64,000 nt of DNA from Candidatus Falkowbacteria bacterium (GTDB taxonomy: Bacteria > Patescibacteriota > Patescibacteriia > Patescibacteriales > GWE2-39-37). The number at the start of each line of letters is the position of its first letter. Within the stretch, counting starts at the first letter, position 1. The notes beneath the pieces were generated by a model that searched no databases, was not told the DNA's origin, and was given only the letters and a program-made list of their open reading frames with translations. The position numbers and the translations under genes are program-made. Location of the stretch: assembly GCA_013336275.1 (NCBI GenBank), contig JAAXUA010000005.1, positions 13,863 to 77,862 on the forward strand, read 5' to 3'. Below are positions 1 to 9,053 of the stretch, one piece after another.

Positions 1-1328
1 AAATCCGTTTCCAGTCTTGCTTTATCGAATTTATGGCTGCCATCGAAAAAGCCGATGATCTGTTCGACATTCTTGGCCGCGTTCTTGAGGCAGGAGGTGG
101 CGCCGGGTGACGGCGTAATGTTGAAGATGATGTTTTCTCCGGTTATCCCGATTTCGCCCATCATCAGTTTCCGGTTCTGGATATCGATAAGCTGCGGCCT
201 GATTCCAGCCTTGGTTTTCCCGTTTTTGAAGTCGGCATAAGTCAGGCCGGGAATTATTTTTTTGGCCAGCTTGGCGAAAGCGCGCGGCCCGAAATAGGGC
301 AATTCATAGACGAGGCTGCGGCAAAGAAAAGTGAAGAGGGTCGGCTCGAAGACGACCTTGAGCAAAGCGCGCAGCGAAGAGTAGCTGTCAGCAGACGAGC
401 TCAGGAAGTCGGTGAAGGTTCTGAGGCTGTTACGCTCGAGGAAAGGCATAATGTTGGCCGTCGGGCCGAAACGGGTATGGACGGAGTCGCCAAGATTCGG
501 GTCGCCGTGCACGGCGGCGAAGGGCAGCTTACCTGATTGCATGGTGTAGACCTTGCCCTTGAGGGTCTGCCGGTTGGAGGTGTAAAAATTGCCGCCGACG
601 GGCAAGATGGCGAATTCACGGCCGTATCCGAGCGACTTAGCGAACATCAGGCTGTGCGAGCACATAGCGACCACGACAGCCTCGGCTTCGATGCGCGCCT
701 TGTCCGTTGTAATGACATAGCCGCTGGGGGTTTTTTTGATGTTGGTTACCTTGGCGCCTAAGAAAAGTTCGGTCATCTGGCCGGCTTTGCAGCCTTCATT
801 AACAAGTGATTCGGCCAATTTGCCGAAATCGACCGTGTAGCCCTTGTCGGTATAGCAGGCGGCAAGAGTTTCATCGGCTTTGCGTCCGTTGACGATTTCC
901 GGTTCAAGCTTGGCGATTTCTTCACGGCCGATCAGGCGGGAATCGGGGAACAGCTCTTTGAAGCGCTCGTGGCGCTCAGCCAAAGCGGCCACCTCCTTTT
1001 CACCTACTGCCAAAGCCATCTTTTGCGACACCTCATAGATGCCGCGGCCGTCATTTCCCAAAGACAGAAGATAGGCCACGACCATTTCCGAAGCGGCTTT
1101 AGTGACGCGGGCTTTTTCCAAAGAGTAATTGGTCTCGATATCGCCGAAGTGGAGGGTCTGGCTGTTGTTGCTGCCGCGGGAATTGATCTGCCCGAGCTGC
1201 GGACATTTTTCAACCAAGCAGATCGAGCCGACGTCGGTGTACTTGGCTAGGGTGTAGAAGGTAGCTGCGCCGGAGATTCCGCCGCCCAGAACCGCCACCT
1301 TGAATTTTTTTCCTTCCGTTGATTCCAT
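1..1328 (-). CDS. mqo: Malate:quinone oxidoreductase, Campylobacter/Helicobacter-type FAD-dependent (3' end runs off the window)
   Basis: Absent from the ORF track; translated by hand from ATG at 1328: MESTEGKKFKVAVLGGGISG (GxGxxG FAD motif), NSQTLHFGDIETNY, LPFAAVHGDP, FNITPSPGATSCL. These motifs are characteristic of epsilonproteobacterial-type Mqo. Frame is open to the window edge. Confidence 0.85.
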   Translation of the reverse strand, partial: MESTEGKKFKVAVLGGGISGAATFYTLAKYTDVGSICLVEKCPQLGQINSRGSNNSQTLHFGDIETNYSLEKARVTKAASEMVVAYLLSLGNDGRGIYEVSQKMALAVGEKEVAALAERHERFKELFPDSRLIGREEIAKLEPEIVNGRKADETLAACYTDKGYTVDFGKLAESLVNEGCKAGQMTELFLGAKVTNIKKTPSGYVITTDKARIEAEAVVVAMCSHSLMFAKSLGYGREFAILPVGGNFYTSNRQTLKGKVYTMQSGKLPFAAVHGDPNLGDSVHTRFGPTANIMPFLERNSLRTFTDFLSSSADSYSSLRALLKVVFEPTLFTFLCRSLVYELPYFGPRAFAKLAKKIIPGLTYADFKNGKTKAGIRPQLIDIQNRKLMMGEIGITGENIIFNITPSPGATSCLKNAAKNVEQIIGFFDGSHKFDKARLETD

Positions 1329-1404
1329 GGATTTATTTTAAGGCATTATTATATAAAAAGCTGAAGTGTTTTCATATGGTCGGGAATTCATGTCCATTGA
1401 CCAC

Positions 1405-1434
1405 AAAAAAACCGACTCGTTTTGAGCCGGTTTT
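1405..1434 (-). terminator. Attenuator terminator upstream of mqo
   Basis: Minus strand AACCGGCTC-AAAAC-GAGTCGGTT running into a U tract. Confidence 0.85.
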
Positions 1435-1453
1435 GCTTCGAGGCGTCCGCTAT

Positions 1454-1540
1454 TCAGCTTCGCTCAAACCAAAACCGACGGCAATCATTATTGCCGTTAT
1501 TATTATCATTATTCAGCTGTCGGAAATAGGACATTGACAT
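1454..1540 (-). CDS. Asn/Asp-rich attenuator leader peptide (28 aa) MSMSYFRQLNNDNNNGNNDCRRFWFERS
   Basis: 7 Asn + 2 Asp in 10 consecutive codons, overlapping mutually exclusive hairpins and a terminator; promoter immediately upstream. Confidence 0.8.
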   Translation of the reverse strand: MSMSYFRQLNNDNNNGNNDCRRFWFERS

Positions 1541-1548
1541 ATGACTAT

Positions 1549-1577
1549 ATGCTAGCAGGAAATGAAAGTTTGTTCAA
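1549..1577 (-). promoter_or_regulatory. Sigma70-type promoter of the mqo leader
   Basis: TTGAAC-17 nt-TAGCAT with extended -10 TG; 8 nt upstream of the leader ATG. Confidence 0.6.
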
Positions 1578-1633
1578 GCGTAAAAAAAGGCACCCTTGCG
1601 AGTGCCTTGTCAGTTCAGAACAGTTGTGCGGAA

Positions 1634-1840
1634 TCAGGCCATTTCGGCGCTGATGACGAATTCCATGCGTTCGAAATCGGCGAGCGCGTGCGGAGTAAGG
1701 TTGTCCCTTTCCACATAAAGCTCGATTTCACCGTGGTTGCCGTCTACTGAAGACAGGGAGGCCGATTCGCCGAAAATGCTTCTGGCGGTCGCTTCCATCT
1801 CATCAGGGTCGTCGTTGTGGCGGATCAGAATCCTTGCCAT
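1634..1840 (-). CDS. Small acidic hypothetical protein (68 aa)
   Basis: Strong GAGGAGG RBS, co-oriented downstream of hisS, followed by hairpin AGGCAC/GTGCCT and a U tract. Confidence 0.7.
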   Translation of the reverse strand: MARILIRHNDDPDEMEATARSIFGESASLSSVDGNHGEIELYVERDNLTPHALADFERMEFVISAEMA

Positions 1841-1869
1841 GGCGCACCTCCTCAGGGCTATGTGCGGTT

Positions 1870-3219
1870 TTACGACTTGAGCAAGGCGATGACAGCTTCC
1901 TGCGTCAGGGTTTGCTGTTCGCCGGTTTCGAGGTTCTTGACAGTCAGGTTCTTCTCTGCGAATTCGGTCTCGCCAGCGATGATGACGTACTGGAATTTCT
2001 TCTTGTTGGCGTATTTCATCTGCGCTTTGAGGGAGAGCGGTTCGAGGAAGATTTCAGTGTTGATGCCTTCTTGGCGGAGCGCGGTAGCGAGCTCCAGGTA
2101 ATCTGCTATCCTGTCCTGGTCCATCGTGGTGACGAGCACCTTGGCGACGGTCGCCGGTCCGGCAGTAAGGATATCAGCCTTCAGCAAGCGGTCGAGCAGC
2201 CTGGTCAGGCCGATCGAGATGCCGACGCCAGGGAGCTTCTTGTCGGTGAAGTGGCTGGCCAGGTTTTCGTAGCGTCCGCCGGAGCAGATGCTGCCGATTC
2301 CCGGGTGGTCCTTGAGTACCGTCTCATAAACGGTGCCGGTGTAGTAGCCGAGTCCGCGAGCGATGCGCAGGTCGATGACCAAGTAGTCATCGGGTACGCC
2401 GAAGCGTTTGACGTTCTCGTAGACGCTGCGCAGCTCGGTGACACCTTCGAGAAAAAGCGCGTTGGTTTCCATCCGTTCCAGCCGGTCCAAGAGCTCGTCG
2501 TTGCCGCAGTCGGAAGAGATGACGCTCATCAGCTCGCTGATGCGTTCAGGCGCCATGCCCGTAACATCCTCGATGCCGCTGACGACTCGTCCGGTGCCGA
2601 TCTTCTCCATCTTGTCGATGAGGGTGAGTACGGCTGCGATCTTGTCGTCCGAGATGCCGTAGTGCTGGCAAAGGCCTTGGAGGACCTTGCGGTTGTTCAG
2701 GCGGATGGCGAACTTGCCGATGTTGACCTCGCGGAAAACCTGGTAGATGATGCTGGGGATTTCCGCATCAGTCATGAGGCTCAGTTCACCGTCGCCGATA
2801 ACGTCGATGTCGCACTGGTAGAATTCCCGGAAACGGCCGGATTGCGGACGTTCGCCGCGCCAGACCTTCTGGATCTGGTAGCGGCGGAAAGGGAAGGCCA
2901 GTTCGTTGTAGTGCTGGGCGACGTAGCGGGCCAGCGGGACGGTAAGATCGAAATGCAGGGCAAAACCGGTTTCGGGAGATTCACCCTCTTCGGCCGAGAG
3001 ACGGCTTAAGGCGTAAATTTCCTTCTCGTCCCCGCCCTTCGAGGTCAGGGTCTCAGCCCTTTCGATGGCAGGGGTTTCGATCGGTACGAAGCCGAACTTC
3101 TCGTAGCTGGCCCGGATGATGTCAAGCAGCCTGTTTTCCAGGATCTTGACGCTGGGGAGCCACTCGGGGAAGCCGCTGATCGCTTGCGGCCTGACGATTT
3201 TTACTTCGGATGTTTTCAT
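1870..3219 (-). CDS. hisS: Histidine--tRNA ligase
   Basis: FDLTVPLARY, RGERPQSGRFREFYQCDID, ARGLGYYTG, GGRYENL and a C-terminal anticodon-binding domain. Confidence 0.97.
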   Translation of the reverse strand: MKTSEVKIVRPQAISGFPEWLPSVKILENRLLDIIRASYEKFGFVPIETPAIERAETLTSKGGDEKEIYALSRLSAEEGESPETGFALHFDLTVPLARYVAQHYNELAFPFRRYQIQKVWRGERPQSGRFREFYQCDIDVIGDGELSLMTDAEIPSIIYQVFREVNIGKFAIRLNNRKVLQGLCQHYGISDDKIAAVLTLIDKMEKIGTGRVVSGIEDVTGMAPERISELMSVISSDCGNDELLDRLERMETNALFLEGVTELRSVYENVKRFGVPDDYLVIDLRIARGLGYYTGTVYETVLKDHPGIGSICSGGRYENLASHFTDKKLPGVGISIGLTRLLDRLLKADILTAGPATVAKVLVTTMDQDRIADYLELATALRQEGINTEIFLEPLSLKAQMKYANKKKFQYVIIAGETEFAEKNLTVKNLETGEQQTLTQEAVIALLKS

Positions 3220-3248
3220 GCTTTTTCTCCTATGTGGTTTGTTGTTAA

Positions 3249-3956
3249 CTACAGTTTAGGGTAGTCGTCGAGGTTCAGCTTTTCGCGCATCAGGTCGGCG
3301 GCAGCATAGCCGGTAGAAACTTTGCCGAACGGCATGCAACGGGAACGTACTTCAGCTTTACCCCAGACGAAGGGCAAACCGTCGGCAACGCCGCCGGTGC
3401 CTGCTATGGGGATGATGTACTTGACCGTTTCGCCGCTCTTGATGATCGCCTCGTTGGTCTTGAGGATGTGGGCGGATTCGATCAGCGTGCCTGCACCTCC
3501 GCCATAGACTATGACGCCGTCGAGCAGGCTCGTGAACATCGGACTCTCGTCACCCCAACGGCTTTCGCCGACCAGCGGCTCAACGCAGATGGAGATATCG
3601 AGAAATTCGAGCGGCAACGCGTGTTTGCGGCCGACGAGCGGGTATATCCCGATCGTCTTGAGACCGAGTTCCTTCGCTTTGAGCGTCGCCGTCTTGGGTA
3701 CGCCCCATTTGGTTCCGCCGGTCAGGATAGCAATCTGGAAATTCTGCAGCTTCATCATGGCTTCGCCGATAATCCGCTCCTCCATCCGGCTGGCGAGTTC
3801 CTGGTACTGTTTCTGCAAGGGGTCATCCTGGGACAATCCTGCTATTTCCGCGTCTGCGCCGCCGGAAAAGGCGACAATCTTGTGCAAGCCGTTGTCTGAC
3901 ATGAATTTGCGGATCGCTCGGGAATAATCTTCTTTGCCGCTGACTACGATATGCAT
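3249..3956 (-). CDS. SLOG/LOG-superfamily Rossmannoid nucleotide-binding protein (235 aa)
   Basis: AFSGG, ILTGGTKWGVP, YGGGAGTLIE, GTGGVAD motifs; start reassigned to ATG 3956 behind an AAGGAGGT RBS. Confidence 0.7.
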   Translation of the reverse strand: MHIVVSGKEDYSRAIRKFMSDNGLHKIVAFSGGADAEIAGLSQDDPLQKQYQELASRMEERIIGEAMMKLQNFQIAILTGGTKWGVPKTATLKAKELGLKTIGIYPLVGRKHALPLEFLDISICVEPLVGESRWGDESPMFTSLLDGVIVYGGGAGTLIESAHILKTNEAIIKSGETVKYIIPIAGTGGVADGLPFVWGKAEVRSRCMPFGKVSTGYAAADLMREKLNLDDYPKL

Positions 3957-4173
3957 GGCCCACCTCCTTTCGTTTGTCTGACTGTCAGTCTGCTTGGGGT
4001 TTTGAAAAGATCCTTTACAAAAATAAAGCTTGTAAATCATTTAATCTTGGCAGATATAGGCCTCGCTGTCAAGCTGGCTGCCCTAGACCGTTCAATGCCC
4101 CGAGAGGTTGACAAATACCCAGTAAATGTTATCTTATAAAAAATTCGCACTTTAGAAAAGGAGGAAGGGGAAG

Positions 4174-4719
4174 ATGGAGCAAAAATTGGAGATTCTCAGT
4201 TTGGCAGGAAATCAAGTGGACAACACGATTCTTGATAAATGCGCTAACCTGTATTGCGGCATCTGGAGGGAGCCGCCTTGGAACGAAGATTTCTGGAAAC
4301 CTCAGGAAGTGAAGCAGGATATAATCCGGGATTCAGCGAAAGAAGCCGGTGACTGCCTGATCGCCGTTATCGGCACGGACAGAGTGGCCGGCTTCACTTG
4401 GGGCTACATGGCGCCGGACAATTATCTGGACGAGATTTCAGGGTCCGACTATTTCACTTCCTCGGGAAAGTTCACCGAAACGACGTTCTATGTCGATGAG
4501 CTGGGAGTCGATGCCGGTTGCCGCGGCCACGGCGTAGGCAAGCGGTTGACGAGAGCTCTCATCGACCATGCCGCGATCAGCGGAGCACGTTCCTTGGTTT
4601 TGCGGACCGACGAAAAGGCCTTCGCTGCCAGGGCGCTTTACGCCAAGCTCGGCTTCGTCGAAATCCCGGTGCGCGATGCGAAGTACCCGACCAGGACGTA
4701 TTGGCATCTTGCAATTTAA
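4174..4719 (+). CDS. GNAT-family N-acetyltransferase
   Basis: YVDELGV..CRGHGVGKRL acetyl-CoA motif A and ARALYAKLGF; AGGAGG RBS. Confidence 0.9.
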   Translation: MEQKLEILSLAGNQVDNTILDKCANLYCGIWREPPWNEDFWKPQEVKQDIIRDSAKEAGDCLIAVIGTDRVAGFTWGYMAPDNYLDEISGSDYFTSSGKFTETTFYVDELGVDAGCRGHGVGKRLTRALIDHAAISGARSLVLRTDEKAFAARALYAKLGFVEIPVRDAKYPTRTYWHLAI

Positions 4720-4766
4720 TGCATATCAAATGGGTAGGCCTCGGCCTACCCATTCTCATATAAATT

Positions 4767-5486
4767 ATGGAAAGCAATAAAAAAAACAAAACATTGATTA
4801 TCGCCGCCACTCACGGAGATGAGAAGATCGGGTTGGAGGTGGCTAGCGAGCTGATGCGCAAAGGACTGTCAGGACAGTTCGATCTGGCGATCGGCAATCC
4901 TTTCGCCCTGGCTGCCGGCCGGCGCTTCATCGAGCGTGACCTTAATCGCGCCTATCCGGGGGATATCGGATCTAAGCTGCTAGAGGATGTCCTTGCCTGC
5001 AAGAATCTGGACGCCGCCCGAAGCTATCGGTATGTCATCGATCTGCACGAGGCGAGATGCGGCTCGGATAATTTCATTATCGCTCCACGCGAAGAATTGC
5101 CGAAAGAGTTTCCTTTAGAAATGATCGACCTCAGGACCGTGCTGTTGTGGCCGGAACCGAAAGGGCCGATGGCCAGCCTTCTCGAGAATGCGATAGAGCT
5201 GGAGTTCGGCATGCTGGGCAAGGATAGGAGTAAGGTCGTGGCCGAGGCAGTGGCAGTGTGCGAGAAGTTTTTCTCTGGCTTGGCTAGGTCTGAAGCCGTC
5301 GATAGCGAAACGAAGGATGTTTATGAAGTCTATGGCCATTTGCCCGCCGGAGAGCCTTTTGAAGGGCAGGGGTCAGTCTTGAAAGATTTCGAACTGGCGA
5401 AGATGGGGAGCGAAGAATTCTACCCCCTACTCGTCAACCAATATATTGAAGAGGGAATCAGCTGTTACAAGATGAGAAAAAAATAG
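4767..5486 (+). CDS. Succinylglutamate desuccinylase/aspartoacylase-family (M14-like Zn) hydrolase
   Basis: THGDE, RFIERDLNRAYPG and VIDLHE zinc/substrate motifs. Confidence 0.85.
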   Translation: MESNKKNKTLIIAATHGDEKIGLEVASELMRKGLSGQFDLAIGNPFALAAGRRFIERDLNRAYPGDIGSKLLEDVLACKNLDAARSYRYVIDLHEARCGSDNFIIAPREELPKEFPLEMIDLRTVLLWPEPKGPMASLLENAIELEFGMLGKDRSKVVAEAVAVCEKFFSGLARSEAVDSETKDVYEVYGHLPAGEPFEGQGSVLKDFELAKMGSEEFYPLLVNQYIEEGISCYKMRKK

Positions 5487-5492
5487 CCGCAT

Positions 5493-6053
5493 TTAGCGGC
5501 TGTTTTTTTCTCTGATGAGATCGATTATCTTTTCTACTGCCTCAGTCTCGTTGGCTGCTTCGGCTTTAAGCCTCTTCCGGTCATCGAAGAACTGCCCGGC
5601 CATCTTGTCTGCCCAGCCGCCGGTGCCTTCGATCACTACGATCGGTATGTCGAGCTGATAGGCGATCAGCATCTCGGTCATAGTGCCGGAGCCGCCGGAA
5701 ACGGCGATGATGCCGTCGCAGGAATTGACCAGGACGAATTCGCGGCCGCCGCCCCTTTCGAGACCGCTGGAGATTATGACGTCGGTATCGCCGGCTTCGT
5801 CCCAGATGTCCTTGCCTTTGCCATAAGTGACACCGACAGTCAGGCCGTCATGTTTCTTGGCCCCCCTGGCTGCAGCCGTCGAGAGGGAATCATAATCCTT
5901 CTCGGCACCATAAACCAGGATGTTGCCGCTTTTGGCCACGTCCTCGCCGATCCTCATGGCGATAGCCTCGAGCTTCTCGGAGTAATTCAGGTCGGCCGCC
6001 GAACCCATGACGCCGATTTGGAGTTTTCTATTTTTCATAAGCTTGTTATTCAT
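5493..6053 (-). CDS. LOG-family (TIGR00725-like) protein
   Basis: IGVMGS, LVNSCDGIIAVSGGSGTMTE, GTGGWAD motifs. Confidence 0.85.
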   Translation of the reverse strand: MNNKLMKNRKLQIGVMGSAADLNYSEKLEAIAMRIGEDVAKSGNILVYGAEKDYDSLSTAAARGAKKHDGLTVGVTYGKGKDIWDEAGDTDVIISSGLERGGGREFVLVNSCDGIIAVSGGSGTMTEMLIAYQLDIPIVVIEGTGGWADKMAGQFFDDRKRLKAEAANETEAVEKIIDLIREKNSR

Positions 6054-6255
6054 TAGCCTCTAAATAGTAGAACATTTCGCTGCAGTTTGTCCAATTTTCG
6101 GTTTCGGGCAATTTCAAAGGTCGAACAGGAGCTCAGGAGAAAAAAATTCTTGACAGCGCATTCGAATTGGCCTAATGTTATTCAGAATGGCTGAACATTA
6201 CAATACACCAAATATTTTGCTAATTTTGGCAAAATAAAAACGAAAGGAGCGAATC

Positions 6256-7272
6256 ATGAAGACACTGGCCCAAGCGAACGGCAGCGGAAATGCGAAGTCC
6301 TACATCATCACCTCGAGCCTGTTGAAGAAAATCAGGATCCTCAAGACCAGCCTCGGCCTCACCGTCTCGGATGGAGACAAGGCTTTCTGCGAGGAATCGC
6401 GTTGCGAAGTCGAGAAGTTCGTCAGCCGGTATTTTCCCGGAGCGAACATCTTCTTCGTCGACATGGATCAGCTCGGAGACGAAGTGTTCTCGAGCGCGGT
6501 CAAGGCCCATTCCGCTGTCAGGGGAGCGACGCTGCTCAGTACCTGTTCGGAATTCACCGAGCTTCACAAAGGCAAGAACCTCCAGATCAACCGGATTTTC
6601 GATTGTACCGGACAGAAGATCGGACTCGGACCCCGTCCGGGCTACCCCACCATCGACGAGCAGATCAAGCAGTTCATGGCATCGTTCCGCGGCGATCCGA
6701 TCGTGATCATCGAGGACGGATCCTTCACCGGAACCACTCTGGCCTTCATCATCAAGAAGTTCAGGGCGGCCGGCGCCAAGATCGATTCCATCATCCTCGG
6801 CTTCGCCTTCCCAAAAGCGATCGAGAACATCACCGAGGTCTACGACGGCAAGATCATCCAGATGCAGCAGATGGACAACATCATCGACTGGATGCCGGAT
6901 CATGATTTCTTCCCCTTCCTTCCGAACTGCGGCCGTGTCGTCGGCCACGCCTGGGGAGAACAGAACCTGCCGCTGTACGGACATGACGGGGCCGCCTTCT
7001 GCATCCCCTACATCATGCCTTTCGTCAACCGCGAAACCATGGAAGCCTGGACCGGCATCCCCAAGGTCTACTGCCAGGAATTTTCCGATTATTTCCTCAA
7101 GAAAGCGCTGCGCTTCTACGAAGGCGTTGAACGGGAGCTGGGAGAGCCTCTGACCATCAAGCATCTCGCCAACACCACGCCCAGGATCTGCACGCCGTTG
7201 AGCGTCAACCAAAAGACGCTGCCCGATGTCCACGCATCGGTAACCGAGTTCATTCGAGACTGTCTTCATTGA
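6256..7272 (+). CDS. Type I phosphoribosyltransferase-domain protein of unknown substrate
   Basis: PRPP-binding loop IVIIEDGSFTGTTL; AAGGAG RBS; upstream TTGACA promoter; hairpin terminator near 7302-7329. Confidence 0.7.
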   Translation: MKTLAQANGSGNAKSYIITSSLLKKIRILKTSLGLTVSDGDKAFCEESRCEVEKFVSRYFPGANIFFVDMDQLGDEVFSSAVKAHSAVRGATLLSTCSEFTELHKGKNLQINRIFDCTGQKIGLGPRPGYPTIDEQIKQFMASFRGDPIVIIEDGSFTGTTLAFIIKKFRAAGAKIDSIILGFAFPKAIENITEVYDGKIIQMQQMDNIIDWMPDHDFFPFLPNCGRVVGHAWGEQNLPLYGHDGAAFCIPYIMPFVNRETMEAWTGIPKVYCQEFSDYFLKKALRFYEGVERELGEPLTIKHLANTTPRICTPLSVNQKTLPDVHASVTEFIRDCLH

Positions 7273-7377
7273 CACTGATTTGCAGCTAATGCAATGCAAT
7301 TAGGCCCATACGCTAAGTATGGGCTTTTTGATAATTCCGTGATATCATCTTTTTAGCTAATATCGATAATATAACAT

Positions 7378-8508
7378 ATGAAATTTTCCAAGCGTTCGAC
7401 CCACCTGGTCTCATCTTCGCTGTATGTCTTTTTCCGCAAGGTCAAGGAACAAGAGGCGCTGGGCAAGAAGATAATCTCTTTGGGCGTCGGCGAACCGTAT
7501 CAGGACACGCCCGAGCCGATCAAAGAGGCTGGCATCGCCGCCATCAAAGCTAACAAGACCCGCTACAATACGGCGTCAGGCTCTATGGCTTTGCGCCAAG
7601 CCCTGGCCAAAAAATATGATGTTGCGCCCGAACAGGTGGCGCTGGCCTCCGGGGCTAAGCCGTTTCTCGGCTCGATCATGTGGTCAGTAATCGACGAGGG
7701 GGACATCATCTTCATGGCCGGACCGGTCTATCCGCCGTTCTTCCAGATCGCTGAATCGAACGGCGCCCGCGTCGTTTTGATCGACACGAAACCGAACGGC
7801 TTCAAGATGACCTTGGCGGCTCTGGAAAAGGCCTACCTGGACGCTGAGCTCAGCGGCCACGCCGCCCACATCCTGCTTAACTCACCCAACAATCCGACAG
7901 GCGTTGCCTACGATCGGGCGGAGCTGGAAAAGATCGTCAGCTTCTGCCGCGAGCGCAACATGACGATCATCTCCGACGAGTGCTATAACAATTTCAGCGC
8001 CGACCCGGATTTTACGGTCAGGCAGCTTGACGACCAGGCGATCATCATCAACTCTTTTTCCAAGACCTATGCCATGACCGGCTGGCGCTTGGGTTACGCT
8101 ATCATGCCCCAGGATTTGGCTGTCGTGGTTGGGCGCTATCTGGACAATTATCTCGGTTGCGCTTCGTCGATCGCCGATGCGGCCGCCATGACGGCGCTCG
8201 AGACGGAGCCGCTGGCTGACTTTACCGAACAGCGGGATATGATTCATACCTGGCTCGACAAGCACGGCATACCCTATGCTCCATCGACCGGCGGCATCTT
8301 CGTTTTTCCTGATTTTGCGCCCATCATGGCCAAGAAGGGCATCGCCGATTCGACCGGTCTGGCCTCCTATTTTTTGGAGCAGGCTGAGGTGGCCGCCACT
8401 CCAGGCTCTGCCTTCGGCGAGGCTTATGACACCCACTTGCGCCTGTCGTATTGTATCCGGCCTGAAGAGCTAAGATTAGCCTTAGAGAGGTTGGACGCGG
8501 TCATCTGA
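7378..8508 (+). CDS. PLP-dependent class I/II aminotransferase (aspartate/aromatic/prephenate type)
   Basis: NSPNNPTG, SDECY, SFSKTYAMTGWRLGY and LRLSY motifs. Confidence 0.92.
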   Translation: MKFSKRSTHLVSSSLYVFFRKVKEQEALGKKIISLGVGEPYQDTPEPIKEAGIAAIKANKTRYNTASGSMALRQALAKKYDVAPEQVALASGAKPFLGSIMWSVIDEGDIIFMAGPVYPPFFQIAESNGARVVLIDTKPNGFKMTLAALEKAYLDAELSGHAAHILLNSPNNPTGVAYDRAELEKIVSFCRERNMTIISDECYNNFSADPDFTVRQLDDQAIIINSFSKTYAMTGWRLGYAIMPQDLAVVVGRYLDNYLGCASSIADAAAMTALETEPLADFTEQRDMIHTWLDKHGIPYAPSTGGIFVFPDFAPIMAKKGIADSTGLASYFLEQAEVAATPGSAFGEAYDTHLRLSYCIRPEELRLALERLDAVI

Positions 8509-8566
8509 GCTTGAAGGGGCAGTTATAGATATTTTGGCTAATTTTAAATTCAATTTAACCAAAGAC

Positions 8567-8594
8567 TTGCAAATTTCTCAAAATATGCTATAGT
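8567..8594 (+). promoter_or_regulatory. Promoter of the aromatic leader
   Basis: TTGCAA...TGC-TATAGT, 9 nt before the leader ATG. Confidence 0.65.
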
Positions 8595-8603
8595 TATCCA
8601 CAT

Positions 8604-8699
8604 ATGATTAAGACAGCACAAAAAACTAATTTCTGGTTTAGCTTCTATTTTATGAGCTCCCGGCGGAGATCAGTTTTTTGTGGTGTTTTGACTAAGTAG
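8604..8699 (+). CDS. Aromatic-amino-acid attenuator leader peptide (31 aa) MIKTAQKTNFWFSFYFMSSRRRSVFCGVLTK
   Basis: F-W-F-S-F-Y-F cluster (6 aromatic codons of 7) followed by an antiterminator/terminator pair. Confidence 0.82.
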   Translation: MIKTAQKTNFWFSFYFMSSRRRSVFCGVLTK

Positions 8700-8731
8700 A
8701 AAGTTAAAGCTCATCACAGGGAAAACAAACT

Positions 8732-8756
8732 GACCTCCGGAAACGGAGGTCTTTTT
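8732..8756 (+). terminator. Attenuator terminator of the aromatic leader
   Basis: GACCTCCG-GAAA-CGGAGGTC followed by TTTTT. Confidence 0.9.
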
Positions 8757-8814
8757 GTTTTATCGGCGTTCTTTTTAAAAAAATACTTCGGGATAGATAT
8801 GAAAGGAGGATTGT

Positions 8815-9051
8815 ATGGCAATCTTGCAGGCGGCAGTTCAAAGCTACACGGATTATTCAAGTGATGTCCACGAATTGCTGCAGTTCTGGGTGCCGGGCTG
8901 CGGCCTTGATGGTGGCGGTCTGGACGAGGACGAATGTCCGAATTGCTTCGGCGGAAATATCGGGACGATTTTCAGCGAATCAGGCGCGCAGCTCCAGTGT
9001 ACTGGCTGCGGCGCAACAGGCGCGGTGTTCGCACCGACGACAGGGAGGTAA
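8815..9051 (+). CDS. Small zinc-ribbon protein (CPNC...CTGC)
   Basis: AAGGAGG RBS; two CxxC pairs. Confidence 0.75.
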   Translation: MAILQAAVQSYTDYSSDVHELLQFWVPGCGLDGGGLDEDECPNCFGGNIGTIFSESGAQLQCTGCGATGAVFAPTTGR

Positions 9052-9053
9052 CC

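Noticed and set aside
3957..4100. His leader peptide or T-box upstream of the hisS operon
   Set aside because: No His codon run, terminator or UGGN-ACC motif was found.
6187..6237. 16-aa uORF MAEHYNTPNILLILAK before the PRTase gene
   Set aside because: No convincing terminator/antiterminator pair and no clear residue run; likely chance.
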